From Callorhinchus milii (Eukaryota), in contig NW_024705361.1 of assembly GCF_018977255.1 (NCBI RefSeq), positions 1-51,599 of the forward strand: a stretch of DNA of 51,599 nucleotides, read 5' to 3'. The position numbers were made by a program, and so were the translations under genes. Positions 36,528-49,930 of the stretch are shown piece after piece. The notes beneath the pieces are model-generated. The model saw only the letters and a program-made list of their open reading frames with translations, did no database searches and was not told the origin of the DNA. How positions within the stretch are numbered: the first letter of the stretch is position 1; the number at the start of each line of letters is the position of its first letter.

Positions 36528-38062
36528 TCTTAGGTCTTTTCAGTAAAGTCGCATAGGTAAAAAATAAATAGTAAAAATAAATAATAAAAGTAATATAAGA
36601 AATAATAGAAATAAAATAATAAATCACGACGTTTCAGAGGCAACACCAGCTTCTGTCTTCAGGTGGAAGTCACAGTACAATTGCTGTATCATGTAAAGAG
36701 AAATCCAAAGAGACCCGACCTTATATATACTGGTTGAGGGGGGATGAGACAGGGGGGGAGGAGCCAGGATGGGCCGCGGGGGACTAGTTATTGTGAGATG
36801 GTTAGTACGGCTGCGGCTGCTGCTGCTGCTGCTGGGACTGAGCCTTTGTTAAGTAGATGGCAGAAGCAGAAAAGCAAGTCAGGACAAAGCAGCCCCTTGC
36901 TATGCTGCTGGGTGGGTAAAACTCAAGGCAGGCAACCAGCGTCTGATAGACTGGCTGTCTATCATGAAGAGGAAAGACCCCAGCTGGGCCCCAAAGTGAG
37001 AGGGCCAGGAGGTATGCAGTCAACAATGCTTGACTCAGGAAGAGGACGCCCTGCCATGCATAGTCCCATGGATGTTGGCTATCAACAACAAGGCAACTCC
37101 CTTGACTAATTTGGAATGGGACGCAAGCGTAGGTTTGATCACCCTGTCGCTGGCCGCCTTTGGGGAGGGTGTATAGTATGAAAGGCCGAAACACCTAGGA
37201 ACCAAAGGTTCACTACTGACGATGCGCTCCCCAAATTTCACCAGGCTCACTGTTCATGAACTCTTGGAAGTGCTTGCACAAAGGATAGTAACATCTCATC
37301 CTGTGTTCTTGGAATCATACGGTAACTAAAGAATAGTACCTGTCAAATAATATGGTCCAAATATGTGCAGTTAAATCATTTTTGCATGGTTAATACCATC
37401 TTTCCAATGATTACTCAGTGTGTACCCATCATCACGGTTGAAGTTATGTCTGTGCTTGTATATCTGGATGGCTTCGTGTACAAACCTTTGATGGTAGCCA
37501 GAATGTTTGCAGAGCACCTTGGTCTCGGAAAATACAATCTCATTAGAGCCCACAGCGTTGTAGCAATGATCGGCAACGGCGGAAGACTAAATTTTGCCGT
37601 GTTTCAGATCTGGCTTGTGCTCGCGGACACGATCAGAAATATGACGTTTCGTTTCCCCAATATAACAATCACCACAGCTACAACTCAGTTTATAGACTTC
37701 AGGGTATTGCAAGTCAAGAATGACATCTTTCACAGATGGAATTAGATCACGGATTTTATGTACTGTACTGAATTGAACTTGGATCTTATGTTTGTTTAGA
37801 ATTTTGGAGATCTTTTTGGTCACGCCTGCTATGTATGGCAACGTGATGGCTTTGATTGGAGTTTCAAGTGGCTGTTTCTGTATGGTGGGAGAAACAGCTT
37901 GGCGGATGGTGCGGTCAGAGTATCCGTTCATCCTGAGGGCCCGATATACATATCTTAATTCACTGGCCAGGTGGTGTTGGTCAGAAATGCCATGAGCTCT
38001 GTGGTATAGTGTTTTGATGAGAGAATTATTTTAGACGGGTGGTGGTGGGAATCAGGTTTAAT
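36528..38062 (-). mobile_element. 5'-truncated Penelope-like element (RT C-terminus + GIY-YIG endonuclease, frameshifted)
   Basis: DSHHHPS...MNGYS...TLPYIAG...VYKLSCSCGDCYIGETKR...HEAIQI...FNRDDG; terminus homologous to 34560-34760. Confidence 0.9.
36624..36666 (-). ncRNA. Minimal hammerhead ribozyme
   Basis: CAC-CUGAAGA-c-AGAAGC(ugguguu)GCCUCU-GAAACGUC-GUG. Confidence 0.7.
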
Positions 38063-38210
38063 CCTTAATCACCATCCCCTTCCCTCATTGACCCATTTTG
38101 TAGATGATTTATTTAACGATTATGTATTTACAACGCAAGAGTATGACTCCCACGAACCTTCCCCCGTACAGTACCCTGTATCTGTTTACACCTATCTCCA
38201 CTGCCCCCAC

Positions 38211-38588
38211 TGTAACCTTTGCCATCCAAGAGAAGTGAAGTAGAAGACGGTAGTGTCTGCTGAGAGAATCTACCGGGGGAAAGTGCTGGAAGTTACCACG
38301 GCGTGGCCGTGTGGGTATATAAGGGGGAGCGAGGCCCGCAAACGGGGCGATGCCTTGGGGACTGAAGAACAACTGCAGGCGGACGACATCGGGGCCGACT
38401 GTTGGAAATCTACATGGTGGAAACCATCAAGAAAGACTGTTCGAGATTAATCTACTCTATTAGAAACCACCGGGACTGCAGATTGTCATAGCCTTGTGCA
38501 ACGTGTGAGTCGTACTCTCACCTTGTAAATATGTTATTGCGGGGAATAAATAATCTAAAAAATGGAACCTGCGAAGGAGCTTCTTTAC
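38211..38588 (+). mobile_element. Possible solo LTR
   Basis: TGTAAC...TTTACA ends with TATATAAG (~38316) and AATAAA (~38545); no TSD found. Confidence 0.35.
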
Positions 38589-39704
38589 ACATGTAAGAAT
38601 GCAGGACATGCTTTATCAGCAGGCCGTTGTTTTTTGTCTACAACAGACCTATACACACGATCTGGAAAATGGCATTTGATTAGGATTGTCACCTACCACC
38701 CATTCTGAAATCGTCCAACTACCAAAACCCTTCTCTGCATATATGCCTAAAACTTTAGACTTGTACATCTCGTAATTTCCAGACGACGGATTGACCAACG
38801 TGGCAATGTTATTTTCTCATTTTATTGACAGTAAAAAAAAACATGGCATCGTTTTTAATTTCCCTGTTAACTTGTACATACGAGTGGAACGGTGGCACAA
38901 TGGTTTGTGCATTGCACTATGAATCAGGCCACTTGAGTTTGATTCTCGGTCATAGTTAACATCAAACAAACTGGCCATGAGCTTTTTCGTCATCAATCCA
39001 CGTTGAGAAGCATGATGGCGTATGGTGAAACAATCTTCATGACTGATCCAGTATGGGAAGACTTCACCCATCAGTGGTATGACAATGGGTATACATTTAT
39101 TTTTGTTTTTGTCGTATATTACTACCAAAGGAGTAACTTCATATCTGTCAGCTAGTCTATATATACTCATAGATGAACTTTCTCCCAAACACCACAATTG
39201 GGATGAAGCTGACTTGGTATCTTCCACTTTGAGATCCTCGCCACAAGGACCATCCTACTCGATCCAGGGGTGTATAAGCGCTTTGTCAGGAGTGAAGCAG
39301 TTGGCAGTATTCCGGCTGTGAGACGTGAACAACGTTAAAGCGTTATATCATCCCCATTGATGTTTCAGTCATGCTATCAGTCAAGAAGGCATGAAAACAG
39401 TAACCAGGCAGCTCCAAGCGCAGAGTACGATGATGGTACTGCCAATATCCTTCATCTGAATCAAGACATCTTCCCGTTATTGAGCTGACTTCTCTAGTGC
39501 AGAGATTTCATGGCCTCAGCATGGTCATCAATGAGTGCACAAATAATGAAATAACATTTGCTTCTGCACTTGATCTACCTAAATGTCACACATACGAATA
39601 AAATATATTGGCTTTCCGAAGGTATAATGAACATTACTTTATGTAGCAGGCTGGTTATGCGTAATTTTTTCAACGAGATTCAAGGCAAGACGCATATATT
39701 TTTT

Positions 39705-40030
39705 ATTGCACGCTTTCATTTAACTCACTTCGTCTGTTGTATCCTCAAAAAGAAATATTGTACCTCAATTTTTACACACTTCCCAATGTGCTATCGACTG
39801 CAAACTTCGTATAGGTATGTCATACTGATGACAACACGATATTCTATCATAAAAAATCCAAAACATAATTTTAAAACTTTTTCACGCTTTTATTTAACTT
39901 ACTGTATGTGTTGTCGTATCCAAAAATCTTGTAACTCAATTTCAACCGTATTCCCAATGTCGTATCGACTGCAAACTTCGTATAGCTATGTCATACTGAT
40001 GACAATACTATATTCTATCATTAAAATAAA
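39705..40030. repeat. Diverged ~175-180 bp tandem duplication
   Basis: TTCCCAATGT..TATCGACTGCAAACTTCGTATAG.TATGTCATACTGATGACAA.AC.ATATTCTATCAT occurs twice. Confidence 0.8.
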
Positions 40031-40796
40031 AAATATATTTTTAAACAATATTTTTAACGGCTCTAATTGTCACGCTCAACTCACGTTGCCTGTAAATCAC
40101 CACGGTCCCTTACGTCACGGCAAGCCTCGGGGAGCCACGCCCAGGGGCGGGGGATGTGGAAGGAGGGGAGGGGCGATGGGGGAGGGGGCAGGGGGAGGGG
40201 CAACTCGGACAGTACATTTCATTAAAGCGTGTTTTTTAATAAGTATTTTTAAATATTTTATTTGAACTTAAATTGGACAAAAAATGGAACTGACAAATTT
40301 TTTCCCGTAGAAAATCCTCGAAATAAAACTAGCATAATGTGTTATTTACAATGTGAAAAAAACTAACTAACTTGAGTTTGCAGGCGATGATCTCGCACAT
40401 CAGATGGAAGGGCAATATTAACAATGCAATGGTGGCCAATTTAGGGAAGGAAAAAAGGAAGCATATTCATAAATGCTTCCAGTTGAGAGTTCTTCGTTTG
40501 AACCATGTCATATTGTTCCAAATGGTTTTGGTGGCCATTGTCAATCGTTTTTGGAGGGTGAGGGGTCCAATAAGCCAGAAAGCTAGCATTAAAGATCATA
40601 GGTTTATATCTCGATAAGATACTGAATCATCCTTTCATTCCTCTGGATTTGATGAGTACCTCTTTGTGGCACATTAACATGAGCTATTCCTTGAAAAGTG
40701 ACAACAATGATAGGCATTCAAATTACTCTTAGGTTTTTTCGGTAAAATCACGTAGGTAAAAAAAATCAAAATTAATAAAATAAAATAAAATAAAAA

Positions 40797-40839
40797 TCAC
40801 GACGTTTCGGAGGCAACACAAGCTTTCGTCTTCAGGTGG
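40797..40839 (-). ncRNA. Minimal hammerhead ribozyme (stem II mismatched)
   Basis: CAC-CUGAAGA-c-GAAAGC(uuguguu)GCCUCC-GAAACGUC-GUG. A half motif lacking CUGANGA lies at 41835-41861 on +. Confidence 0.6.
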
Positions 40840-41252
40840 AACCGTCACAGCCACGACAGCTGTATCAAGTAAATGAGAGATTACAATGGCTACCACTCCG
40901 TATATATAATGGTTGAAGAGGGGGGAAGGGCCAAGTACGGCACACTTTTTATTAATATGGCAAGGTGAGGCCTAAGACTAAGAACAGACTGCACAGCAAA
41001 AGACTGAGCCTTTATTATGGAGAGGTTGAAGAGGGGAAGGGGCCAAGTACGGCACACTGTTTATTAATATGGCAAGGTGAGGCTTAAGACTAAGAATAGA
41101 CTGCAAAACAAAAGACTGAGCCTTTATTATGGAGAGGTACGGTTTGTGACACACAACAAAAGTGTGAAAGAAGAAGAAAAAACAAAACCTGGTAAAACAA
41201 GAACGGCTGTGTAATAGTTGTCTGTCAAATAAGATGGTCCAAATACGTGTAG

Positions 41253-41813
41253 TTAAATCTTTTTTGCATGGTTAATCACATCTTTCCAATGATTACTCAG
41301 TTTGTAACCATCATCACGGTTGAAATTATGTCTGTGTTTGTATATTTGTATGGCTTCGTGTACAAACCTTTGATGGTAGCCAGGAGGTTTGCAGAGCACC
41401 TTGGTATCGGAAAAGACAATTTCATGAGAGCCCACAGAATTGTAGCAATGATCGGCAACGGCCGAAGAATCAGTTCTGCCGTGTTTCAGATCTGACTTGT
41501 GCTCGCGGACACGATCAGAAACATGACGTTTCGTTTCTCCAATGTAGCAATCACCACAACTGCAACTCAATTTGTAGACTCCAGGATACTGTAAGTCAGG
41601 GACGACATCCTTCACAGATGGAATCAGATCACGGATTTTATGCACTGTACTGAATCGGACTTGGATCTTATGTTTGTTTAGAATTTTGGAGATCTTTTTG
41701 GTCACACCTGCTATGTATGGTAACGTGATAGTTTTGGTCGGAGTTTCATGTGGCTGTTTCTGTATGGTGGGAGAAACAGCTTGGCGGATGGTGCGGTCAG
41801 AGTATCCGTTCAT
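41253..41813 (-). pseudogene. Penelope GIY-YIG endonuclease domain, open frame but 5'-truncated
   Basis: PGVYKLSCSCGDCYIGETKRHVSDRVREH...SAVADHC...HEAIQIYKH...FNRDDG. Confidence 0.9.
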
Positions 41814-43329
41814 CCTAAGGGCCCGATGTACATGGCTTGTGTTGCCTCCGAAACGTCGTGATTTTTATTTTATTTTACTTTTATTTATTTTGATTTTTTA
41901 CCTACGTGATTTTACCGAAAAAACCTAAGAATAGGAATCCTTGCAGTCACGAAAGCTTCAAATCTAGCATTCATAATTGCCATTGACCTGGAGCCACTGC
42001 CGCCGGCTATTTTAAACAAAAACATTTCATTTTTTATATTTACGAGATGGCTACCCCTCCTATTGCCTTCTGGTTTTTTTTCTCAATTACTGTATTTTAC
42101 GGTATTGAACTGATACAATCTGTTTTTCTGTTCACTAAAGGACAGGCCATGACTATCATGAACGTCGTCAGTCAGATGTCAGAAGTCCTCCAACATGATA
42201 AAGTCAGATTAGACTTGAGCCTGAGAACACCATGCATAGTACTGGCATCCCTCTACTTTAGAAAGGTATGAGTTCTTAAAAAAAACAAGATTAAAACGAA
42301 ATTTCATGAATCGGACAATCTTTTCTAATTATATTCAACAGAAAAATTTAGGGATGAGTTCCAGACAGTCATTCCACCCCCACTCCTAACCAAAAATGTA
42401 CACATATATTGACAAATCAGAAATAAGAATAATGTACGTAAACATTTAGAAGATTGAATAATAATTAATTTAAGACAAATAAATTAAATTTTCAGTAAAC
42501 TCACCAAACGATCTGCATGTTGCAATACCAAGAAAGGCGATGTGGAGGTGTTACTGGTGCGCTGCGGGATATACCGTGACAGTGTCGCAGATGGATGACG
42601 CATCCTCCTGGGTGCTTCTTCTTTGATGATCTCGTGGCGTGAGCCGTGTCAAATTTCGTTAACACGGAAATTCGAATCGAAAAATGTCCATAATTTGTCA
42701 AGTGCATGAACGTGAAATTCCGTAAACCGAACGTCTTTAAATCTAGGGATATCTGTAGAGCCAACATCTGGAATTATCAGAAGTTCATTGCGTCAGCAGT
42801 TGGAGGCACTGCCTACTTCAACAGCATAGGGAAATGGCACTGCTCTATAAGGTGATGAATTTGCAATGATTATTTGACGGTGGTACCATGGGTCCATGTT
42901 GGTGCAAGTGCACAGAGAAATATACAAATGTTCATGGCATTACCCAAATAGGATCAGGATAGTCCTCTGTCACTACAAGGCTGGAAGATGGTTATTCAAT
43001 GCCAAGTGAGTTATAGATTGTTATTTTTTCATCATAATTCACCTTGCTGGTGAGTACGGATTGGAGAATGCGGAAGGCATATATGTGAGAGGATAGAATA
43101 TGTGTTGGCTATAAGCAGTGACATTGTATTTTTATTGAGAACAGTCCAGCCACACTCATGAAGTTAGGGGTGGGCAGTGTTGCTGCTGTGTGTGCAATCT
43201 TAATTGAGTAATTTTTAGGTAATTGTTAAACATTGTGATGTTTGGTCAATACCAGTTAGTTGTTTATGCGTTGGAGGAAATCAGAGAAATCGACGAAACG
43301 CATGTGGAGTAGCGGGAGAGAATTCAAAC

Positions 43330-44205
43330 GTATCAATACAGACACGAGTGTAGGCAGTGTGCTCATGTCCAACTCTGGTTTGCCAGGCGAGGCCTCACTC
43401 CGAATCAGTCTAGCGGCATTATATTTTCATCAGCTGCTTAACATGTTGTAAAAGCGACTTGGCTTGTCACTCCATAAAAAGCTTCGGGTCTTAACAGCCA
43501 CAGTTATGCCCTCCCTTCTCTGTGCTTGCGAGACATGGAGCTATCTATGAACATAGTTGCTGGTGTGGAAAATTCAAACTAGCTTGTCTACGATCCATCC
43601 TGGGTTTAACCAGACTGGATTGTGTGAGAAATTCACAGATCCTTGAAGATCTGGACAAAGGCCCATCAGTGGGCTCTTCCGGCAAGCGAGGCTGCATTGG
43701 CTGTGTCATGTAGCCCACATGCCCAGCCACCGCATGCCCAAGCAGCTTCGCTTTCCCAGATAGATGGGGCTAAACCAGTGCGGCAGGCGTTGGAAAAGAG
43801 ATGGACTGATGTGGTACAGAAGGATATGGAGTTAATTGGATTTGCTGATGACTTGTACCAGCAGCATAAAGATTGGCCTCTTTGGAGAAGGTTTGTTAAA
43901 GACGCTGCTGGAAAGTTGGAGGCAATCGCCTTCCAGCAACAGCAGAGGGTAGAGGAACGACACTCACAACAACGAGCAGAGCGCCGCACAGATAAAACAA
44001 TGAAAGTTGGCACAGTGAGGAGCAGGGCTGTTGCATCTGCCATTCATCTCATGCAGTAAGCCCATGGCACCGAGGTCTGTTTTGTAACCTCCTGCCAGTG
44101 GGTCTTTGACACTTCAGGTGGCCTCAAAGTGCACCTAGCATGGCACAACCCCTGTGGTGATGTAACCCCTGCTTAGTGACGAACCACAGTTGTTGCTGTT
44201 GCTGT
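43330..44205 (+). mobile_element. Degenerate RTE-type LINE 3' fragment
   Basis: FKLACLRSILGLTRLDCVRNSQILE and EKRWTDVVQKDM; ends in a GTT/GCT tail like the other copies. Confidence 0.85.
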
Positions 44206-45394
44206 TTTGCGTGTGTGCGCGTACGCGTGTTCCTCTGTTGTGTACGTATAATGTCCTTCCTTCCGGAGTGTATGTGCGTATTGTGTGTGGTACACACACT
44301 CAGTCGGAGACAAGGTAGTTGCAGGAGGCATCACCTCTTTCTTTATCTTCATTCTGTCTATGCCAACTCCGGCTTCCTCTCTCTCGACCATGCTGCCATA
44401 CAGCCTGCCCTAGACATAACCCTCTCCACGTTGCACCGATGGCGTCGACTGAAACAGCGAACTACTGTCCGGCCGCGCAATTATCAGGCGAAGGCAGCAG
44501 CGACGAAGGCGGCGAAGACGACAGCAACGACGAGACGAGTCCACTCCAAAAACCGGCAGCCCCATAACGCTCAATCTCCACTGCTTATATTCTACTTGGG
44601 AGCCCTGGCTCCGCCCTAACCGTGCCTCCCTTCTCTAACCCACCAGAGGGTTCCAGGGCCTCCCTATAAGGTCTTCCATGACCCTTGCCTAGTTCCTCGG
44701 CCCTGCGGGCTCACCCATGTATATGCTCAATGGAGTGTGCGCTAACTGTCCACCGCAGTTGCCGCTGCAGGACCACAGTCGGCGCTGTGGCACTACATAT
44801 GTAAGGGGGGAGCGATCGTGTAATGGTTATGCACGATGCACTACCAACCTGGTAATCCTAGTTCAATTCCCACTCACGACCAACACCAGTGACGATTATA
44901 TGAATGGTGTCTGGGTCTCCTCTAGGTCGACTCAGCCTCAAATGAGTACCTGGTGTGATGTGTAAATATCGCCACTGGGAGACAAAGGCAGCCGTGCGTG
45001 GTGCTGGGTACTCACCCCCTCATGCGCCGTTAAGGTCTTCATAGGCGCTGCTCGTTAACAGCACTTGCCCAAAGAGTTTGGTTGGGCTACATGGATTGTT
45101 GTCGTTGTGTGTGTGTGCATTGAGCGCGTGTTCCCCCGTGTGTGTTTGTGCAATTGTGGGGACTCATTATGCCCCTTTTGACAAGCAAGCCAGCATCAAG
45201 TCTCATGTAAGCGACAATAAAAACATGTTTTTTCTACTTATGTAACTTAATTTTATTTATGATACAGTAATTATTACAGTAATACATGCAAACATACAAT
45301 ATTTTTCTTATTTATGAGTTTAACAATGCTTCGCTTTTTTTTACCATAACACATTTTTTACACTGAACGTACGTGCACTTAATACAGTGCACTA

Positions 45395-45474
45395 TTGTAT
45401 TCCGACTTATGAACCATGCGACTTACGAACGGACCTCAGGAATGGAACTCATTCGTATGTCGAGTGCTGCCCGT
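45395..45474. mobile_element. Tigger/pogo-like MITE end
   Basis: CGACTTACGAACGG...GGAACTCATTCGTATGTCGAGTGCTGCCCG followed by TA resembles Tigger terminal sequence (from memory). Confidence 0.45.
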
Positions 45475-45511
45475 ATCTCTATTAAACCTATATCCTTGAA
45501 AGACGTATCCC

Positions 45512-46011
45512 TGGTAATGCGAACGTAAACGGGGTTTGCTGCTGGGCTCTGGCCCAATCATATGGCCCGGGGTATTGGGGGAGGAGCCCAGTATGGGGGC
45601 GTATGGGAGGGCCGCCGTTCACCTCGGGTCCAATCGGAAGCGAGGTGAATGGGGGTGGAGCCAGCAGGGCGCTATGGGAAGGCCGGATCTGACGATCGAA
45701 GGGGAGGAGTCAGGATCACGTGGTAAAGGGGATATAGGTGGGAGCCCGGAAGGGCTCCGGGTCAGTTGCTGGAGTGAAGAAGCTGAGCCACGTTGAGGGG
45801 ATCCGTGCCATCAGCCACGTGGCTGGAGGAGCTTCGGCACACCGTCGGCCAGCGGTGTGCGGAGTGGGGGAGCGGAGGAGCTGACGAGGAAGCGCGTGCG
45901 GGGCGCGCGCGAGGAGACGCTGGTCCGCTGTCAGGACCAGCGGGGTGCGAGAAGGAAGCTAAATAAAAGAGCAACGGAGACCAGCAGTGCCTGACGAAGT
46001 CTTTTATTACA
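45512..46011 (+). repeat. 5' LTR of Ty3/Gypsy element
   Basis: T(G)GTAATGCG...TTATTACA with GATATAG and AATAAA; followed by Leu-like PBS TGGGTCAGAAGTG (46013-46025). Confidence 0.85.
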
Positions 46012-46032
46012 TTGGGTCAGAAGTGCTTCGAG

Positions 46033-47320
46033 ATGTCAAAACATCTCAAGAAGAAAAATCTACCTACGCCTTCTTCAGAGGACGAAGAGGACCTTCCTCC
46101 AGCAGTGGCGGTCCCGAACACGAGGGGCGGGCGAAGCGGCGGCGAGCGACACGACAGGTGTACAAGATGTCGTCGCGGCAGCCGGGCCGTCTGCGTCTTC
46201 GGCGCCGAGGACGGCTGGCGGCTCGTAGCGGAGCAAATTGATTCGCTACGGGCCGTTTTGCTGGATTTGGTCACCCTGGTCGGCCAGCGACGATGCCGGA
46301 CAGCCACGCGGGCCTCTCCGGGGGGAAACTTGGGTGGGGCGAGCCATCCGCCATTGCGGCCTCTGCGAGGCTTCCCGCCTTCCCGACATGTGGCAAGACG
46401 CCGCCATCTTGGCGCGAGCCACGACTGACTGGCGGGAAGCCGCCATCTTGTCACCGCCACGTGGGGCGCCCGCTTCGGATGACAGCAGCGGGGGACTCGC
46501 AGCCACCGTCTGACGACTATTAAAGAATTTACCGTCGGAGGGGATTGGAGCGCATTCGCTTGGCGTTTTGAATCGGCTGTCCGATCCGCCAAGTGGACGG
46601 ATGCAGAGGCCTTGGAGGTTCTGCCGACGCTCCTCGATGACAAGTCCTTAAAATTTTTCCGCTCCATCACGGCCGCGAAGAAGGCGACGCTGAAAGGGGC
46701 TTTCGACGAGATGGCGGAAGCATACGAGCCTCCGGACGACGCACACCGTAGATTTGTCCAAAGACAACGGGCGCCGGAGGAATCACCTGTGGCCTTCCGT
46801 GGCGCTGTGGTTGAGCTGGCCATGGCCGCGTATCCCGAGACCGAGCCCGACTTGTTGGAGCCCTTGATACTGGGAAGATGTTGGAACTGTCCAAGGACCT
46901 GGGCATTCCACTGCCCGTGTGCGGCCACGAGCAGCTGACCTCCCGGTTGGCTGCCAAGTGCCTCGACGCGCAGTTTAACTTGCGCCGTTGGGCGCAGATG
47001 GCCGCCTGGACGGGGGGTCCGACCGTGGAGGGGAAGGCCATTGGTTGGACACCATCGAAGGCCGTCTTCGTCCCGGACGAGAGGGGGCCTGGCGATCTCA
47101 CTGCGGCGGCGGCCCAGTGGGTTCCTCGGGGGGAGCGGTGTCGCGCTCGGGCCCTCGTCGATGGATCGCCGAGACGCCGGGGGAGCCGGGCGACGGGCCG
47201 ACATGGCGTGTTACCGCTGCGGACGTCTCGGACATTTCGCGCGTGACTGCCGGAGTCGCCCTCGTCCACCTCTTCGCCCGGAGTCCCGACCAGGGACGCG
47301 CCATCACGTCGGACGGTGAC
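46033..47320 (+). pseudogene. gag: Gypsy gag, frameshifted, with CCHC zinc knuckle
   Basis: MSKHLKKKN...; RQRAPEESPVAFRG; CYRCGRLGHFARDC at 47209-47250. Confidence 0.85.
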
Positions 47321-47499
47321 CCGTGTCAGGCAAGTCGGTACGCATCAGACACCCGGCAAGGCCTGTCATCCATTCATCACCGTCGGAGTGGGTTCCGGGG
47401 CCTGTTCTAATGGGGGGACTCTAAGTGATCCGCGTCGGACGATGACACAGTGGCGGAAACTGGCTCGCAGAGTCGTCGCAGCCGCTACTGTCTTCGACT

Positions 47500-49930
47500 G
47501 CCGGGCTCTATACAGGGGATTGACGTGCGGATTTAGTCGATTCAGGCGCGTCCGCCACTATCATCTCGGACGTTATATTCCATCTCCTATCCATTCCGCC
47601 GTCGCGGGTACGACCGGTTTTCGATTCGTGTGTTGCTGCTAACGGGGGAGTATGGGCATCGTGGGTCAGGTGGAAGCACGCATTTCCGTTGGGGATGTGT
47701 CGGCTTCGGGGACGGTGTTGATCTCCAGGTCCCTCGCTGTGCCTTGCTTATTGGGGACCGATTTCCTGGCGAAGATGCCGATTCAGATAAGGGTCGATCA
47801 GGGTTGCATTGAGTTACCGGCGGGCCGTAAGATTTTCTTTTTGCCATCGCCGTGGGGCCGGTCCACCCCGGACCTCCAGGTGCAGGCGCTGTCCGACGTT
47901 TCGGTCGACATTCCGCCGGGCTCGCAGATGCTCATTCCGCTGCGCTATCGGAAGCCCGTGCCTGGGGTTGAGGGGGCGGCGGGTGTGTTGTTGTCGCCGT
48001 CCAACGCTGTTACGGGCGGCCTGCGCTGGTCGCAGCCCGGATGATTGTTCGGCCGGGTCAGCCTCCGTTTTTGCAAGTGTTAAACGGAGGCGGAACAATG
48101 TTGTGGTGCCGGCCGGTACGGTCCTGGCCCATGCACGACCGCTTTCACGGCCCATGATGATCCGGATCACCAGGGTCTCGTGGCGGGGGTTTCGGCTTTA
48201 CGTCGTAGGACGATCGATGGATCACCGGGTTGTGTCAGGAAAACGCGTCCCTGACTACTACCAGCGGTCTGCGCTTCATGCGCTGCTGTCCAAATATTCT
48301 GACGTCTTTAGCAAAAATGATTTCGATCTGGGACGCACCTCGCTGCTCTCCCATCACATTGATACCGGGAGATGCTAGTCCCATTCAGATGAATCCGCAT
48401 GGGTTGAGCCCAGCAGAGAGAGATCATGTCCGGCGCAGTAGATGATATGCTCTCCGTCCAACAGCCCATGGGGCGCTCCGGTGGTCCTGGTAAAGAAAAA
48501 GGATGGTATCCTGCGATTTTGTGTTGATTTTCGGAGGTTAAACAAAGTGTCGGTTGCAGACGCTTACCCCCTGCCGCGTATGGATGATTCCCTCGACGCC
48601 TTGTCTGGGGCGAAATTTTTTTCGACTCTTGACCTTCTTCGGGGTTCTGGCAGCTCCCCCTGGACGAATCGTCGAGGGAAAAGACGGCTTTCCATACGCC
48701 GCAGGGCCTGTTTCAGTTTAATTGTCTCCCCATGGGTTTGAACGCCGCCCTGCTACGTTCCAGAGGTTGATGGAACTCGTGTTGACCGGCCTGCAGTGGG
48801 ACACGTGCCTGATATATTTGGACAGTTATTGTTTTCAGCCCACGTTTAGGAGCATCTTCAGAGATTGGATGCTGTTTTTGCTAGGGTGCAGTTCCGCAAT
48901 TTGAAATTTAAGCCCAAGAAGTGTCACCTTTTGCAACACTCCGTGTCGCTATTTGGGTCACATTGTAGCCCTGATGGTGTGGCCACGGACCCGGACAAAA
49001 CGGCGTGCGTTCGGGACTGGCCGACTCCGGCCACGGTGGGAGACGTACGTCGATTTGTCGGGTTCGCTTCCTATTACCGCAGATTCGTTCCAAATTTTGC
49101 TACGATCGCTAGGCCGCTGCACCTCCTTACGGCTAAGAACCAGAGGTTCAGAGGGGCCGGCGGAGGAGGGGTTTCACGGCCTACGCGATCGCTTGGCATC
49201 AGCGCCGACGCTGGATTACCCTGATTTCGCTCTGCCTTTTATTTTGGATACCGACTGCTAGTGACACGGGTATTGGCGCCGTCCTATCGCAGTGTAAAGG
49301 TGGCGTCGAGCGCGTTGTGGCTTGACGGAGACCCTACGTTCACCCGGTGAGAATTGTTAGCTATTGTGCATTTTGTCCATCAATACCGCCCGTATTTATG
49401 GCCGGAAATTCATTGTGCGCACGGACCATGCGGCTTTGCAATACTCCCTGAAAGTTGACCAGCCATCTGGCCAGCTGGCACGATGGCTGGAAACTTTGCA
49501 GGAGTTCTCGTTTGATGTTCAATACCGTAAGGGCTCGCGTCACGCTAATGCGGACGCGCTCTCCCGACTGCCGCAGGGGTCCCCTGCGCGTGTGCCTCTG
49601 GCACGAATAGGTGCACGCGGGTTCCACAGCCCCCGCGGCCTGTCGTGTCCGCTGTGGAGATGCCCGCAGCTTCCACGTGTCCGGAACGCGGCGACGGGGT
49701 TTTGAATTTGCCGCGTTCCGTGTGGGTTCGTGAACAATTGCTCGATGACTCCTTTGGGCCTTGCGGAGTCAGGCTGCGAAGTCGAAGGGGTATCCGTCAT
49801 CTGATGGGATGCCGGGAAGCAGCTCTCCGTGACGGGTTGTTGATGTGGAGGGAGGGCTTGCAGGGTCGCTGGCGCTTGTTGTGCTGGCGTCGTTCGATAC
49901 GAGTTGCTTCGGATTCTGCACGCTGAGAAC
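47500..49930 (+). pseudogene. pol: Gypsy pol (protease, RT, RNase H, start of integrase), many frameshifts
   Basis: LVDSGASATII (47533); [54 protein letters not shown]. Confidence 0.9.

Larger units (their letters stand above)
40727..41966 (-). mobile_element. 5'-truncated Penelope-like element with short inverted terminus
   Basis: Inverted repeats ~40727-40825 and ~41835-41931; imperfect TSD GCATTCA(T)AATT at 40714 and 41967. Confidence 0.9.

Noticed and set aside
39826..40002. CTGATGA motifs as further hammerheads
   Set aside because: No stem II or GAAA follows.
39558..40265. 235-aa ORF
   Set aside because: TTG start; spans an AT-rich tandem duplication and a G-rich tract; no protein-like motifs.
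46017..47204. 395-aa minus-strand ORF
   Set aside because: Antisense to GC-rich gag, where stop codons are rare; no domain recognised.
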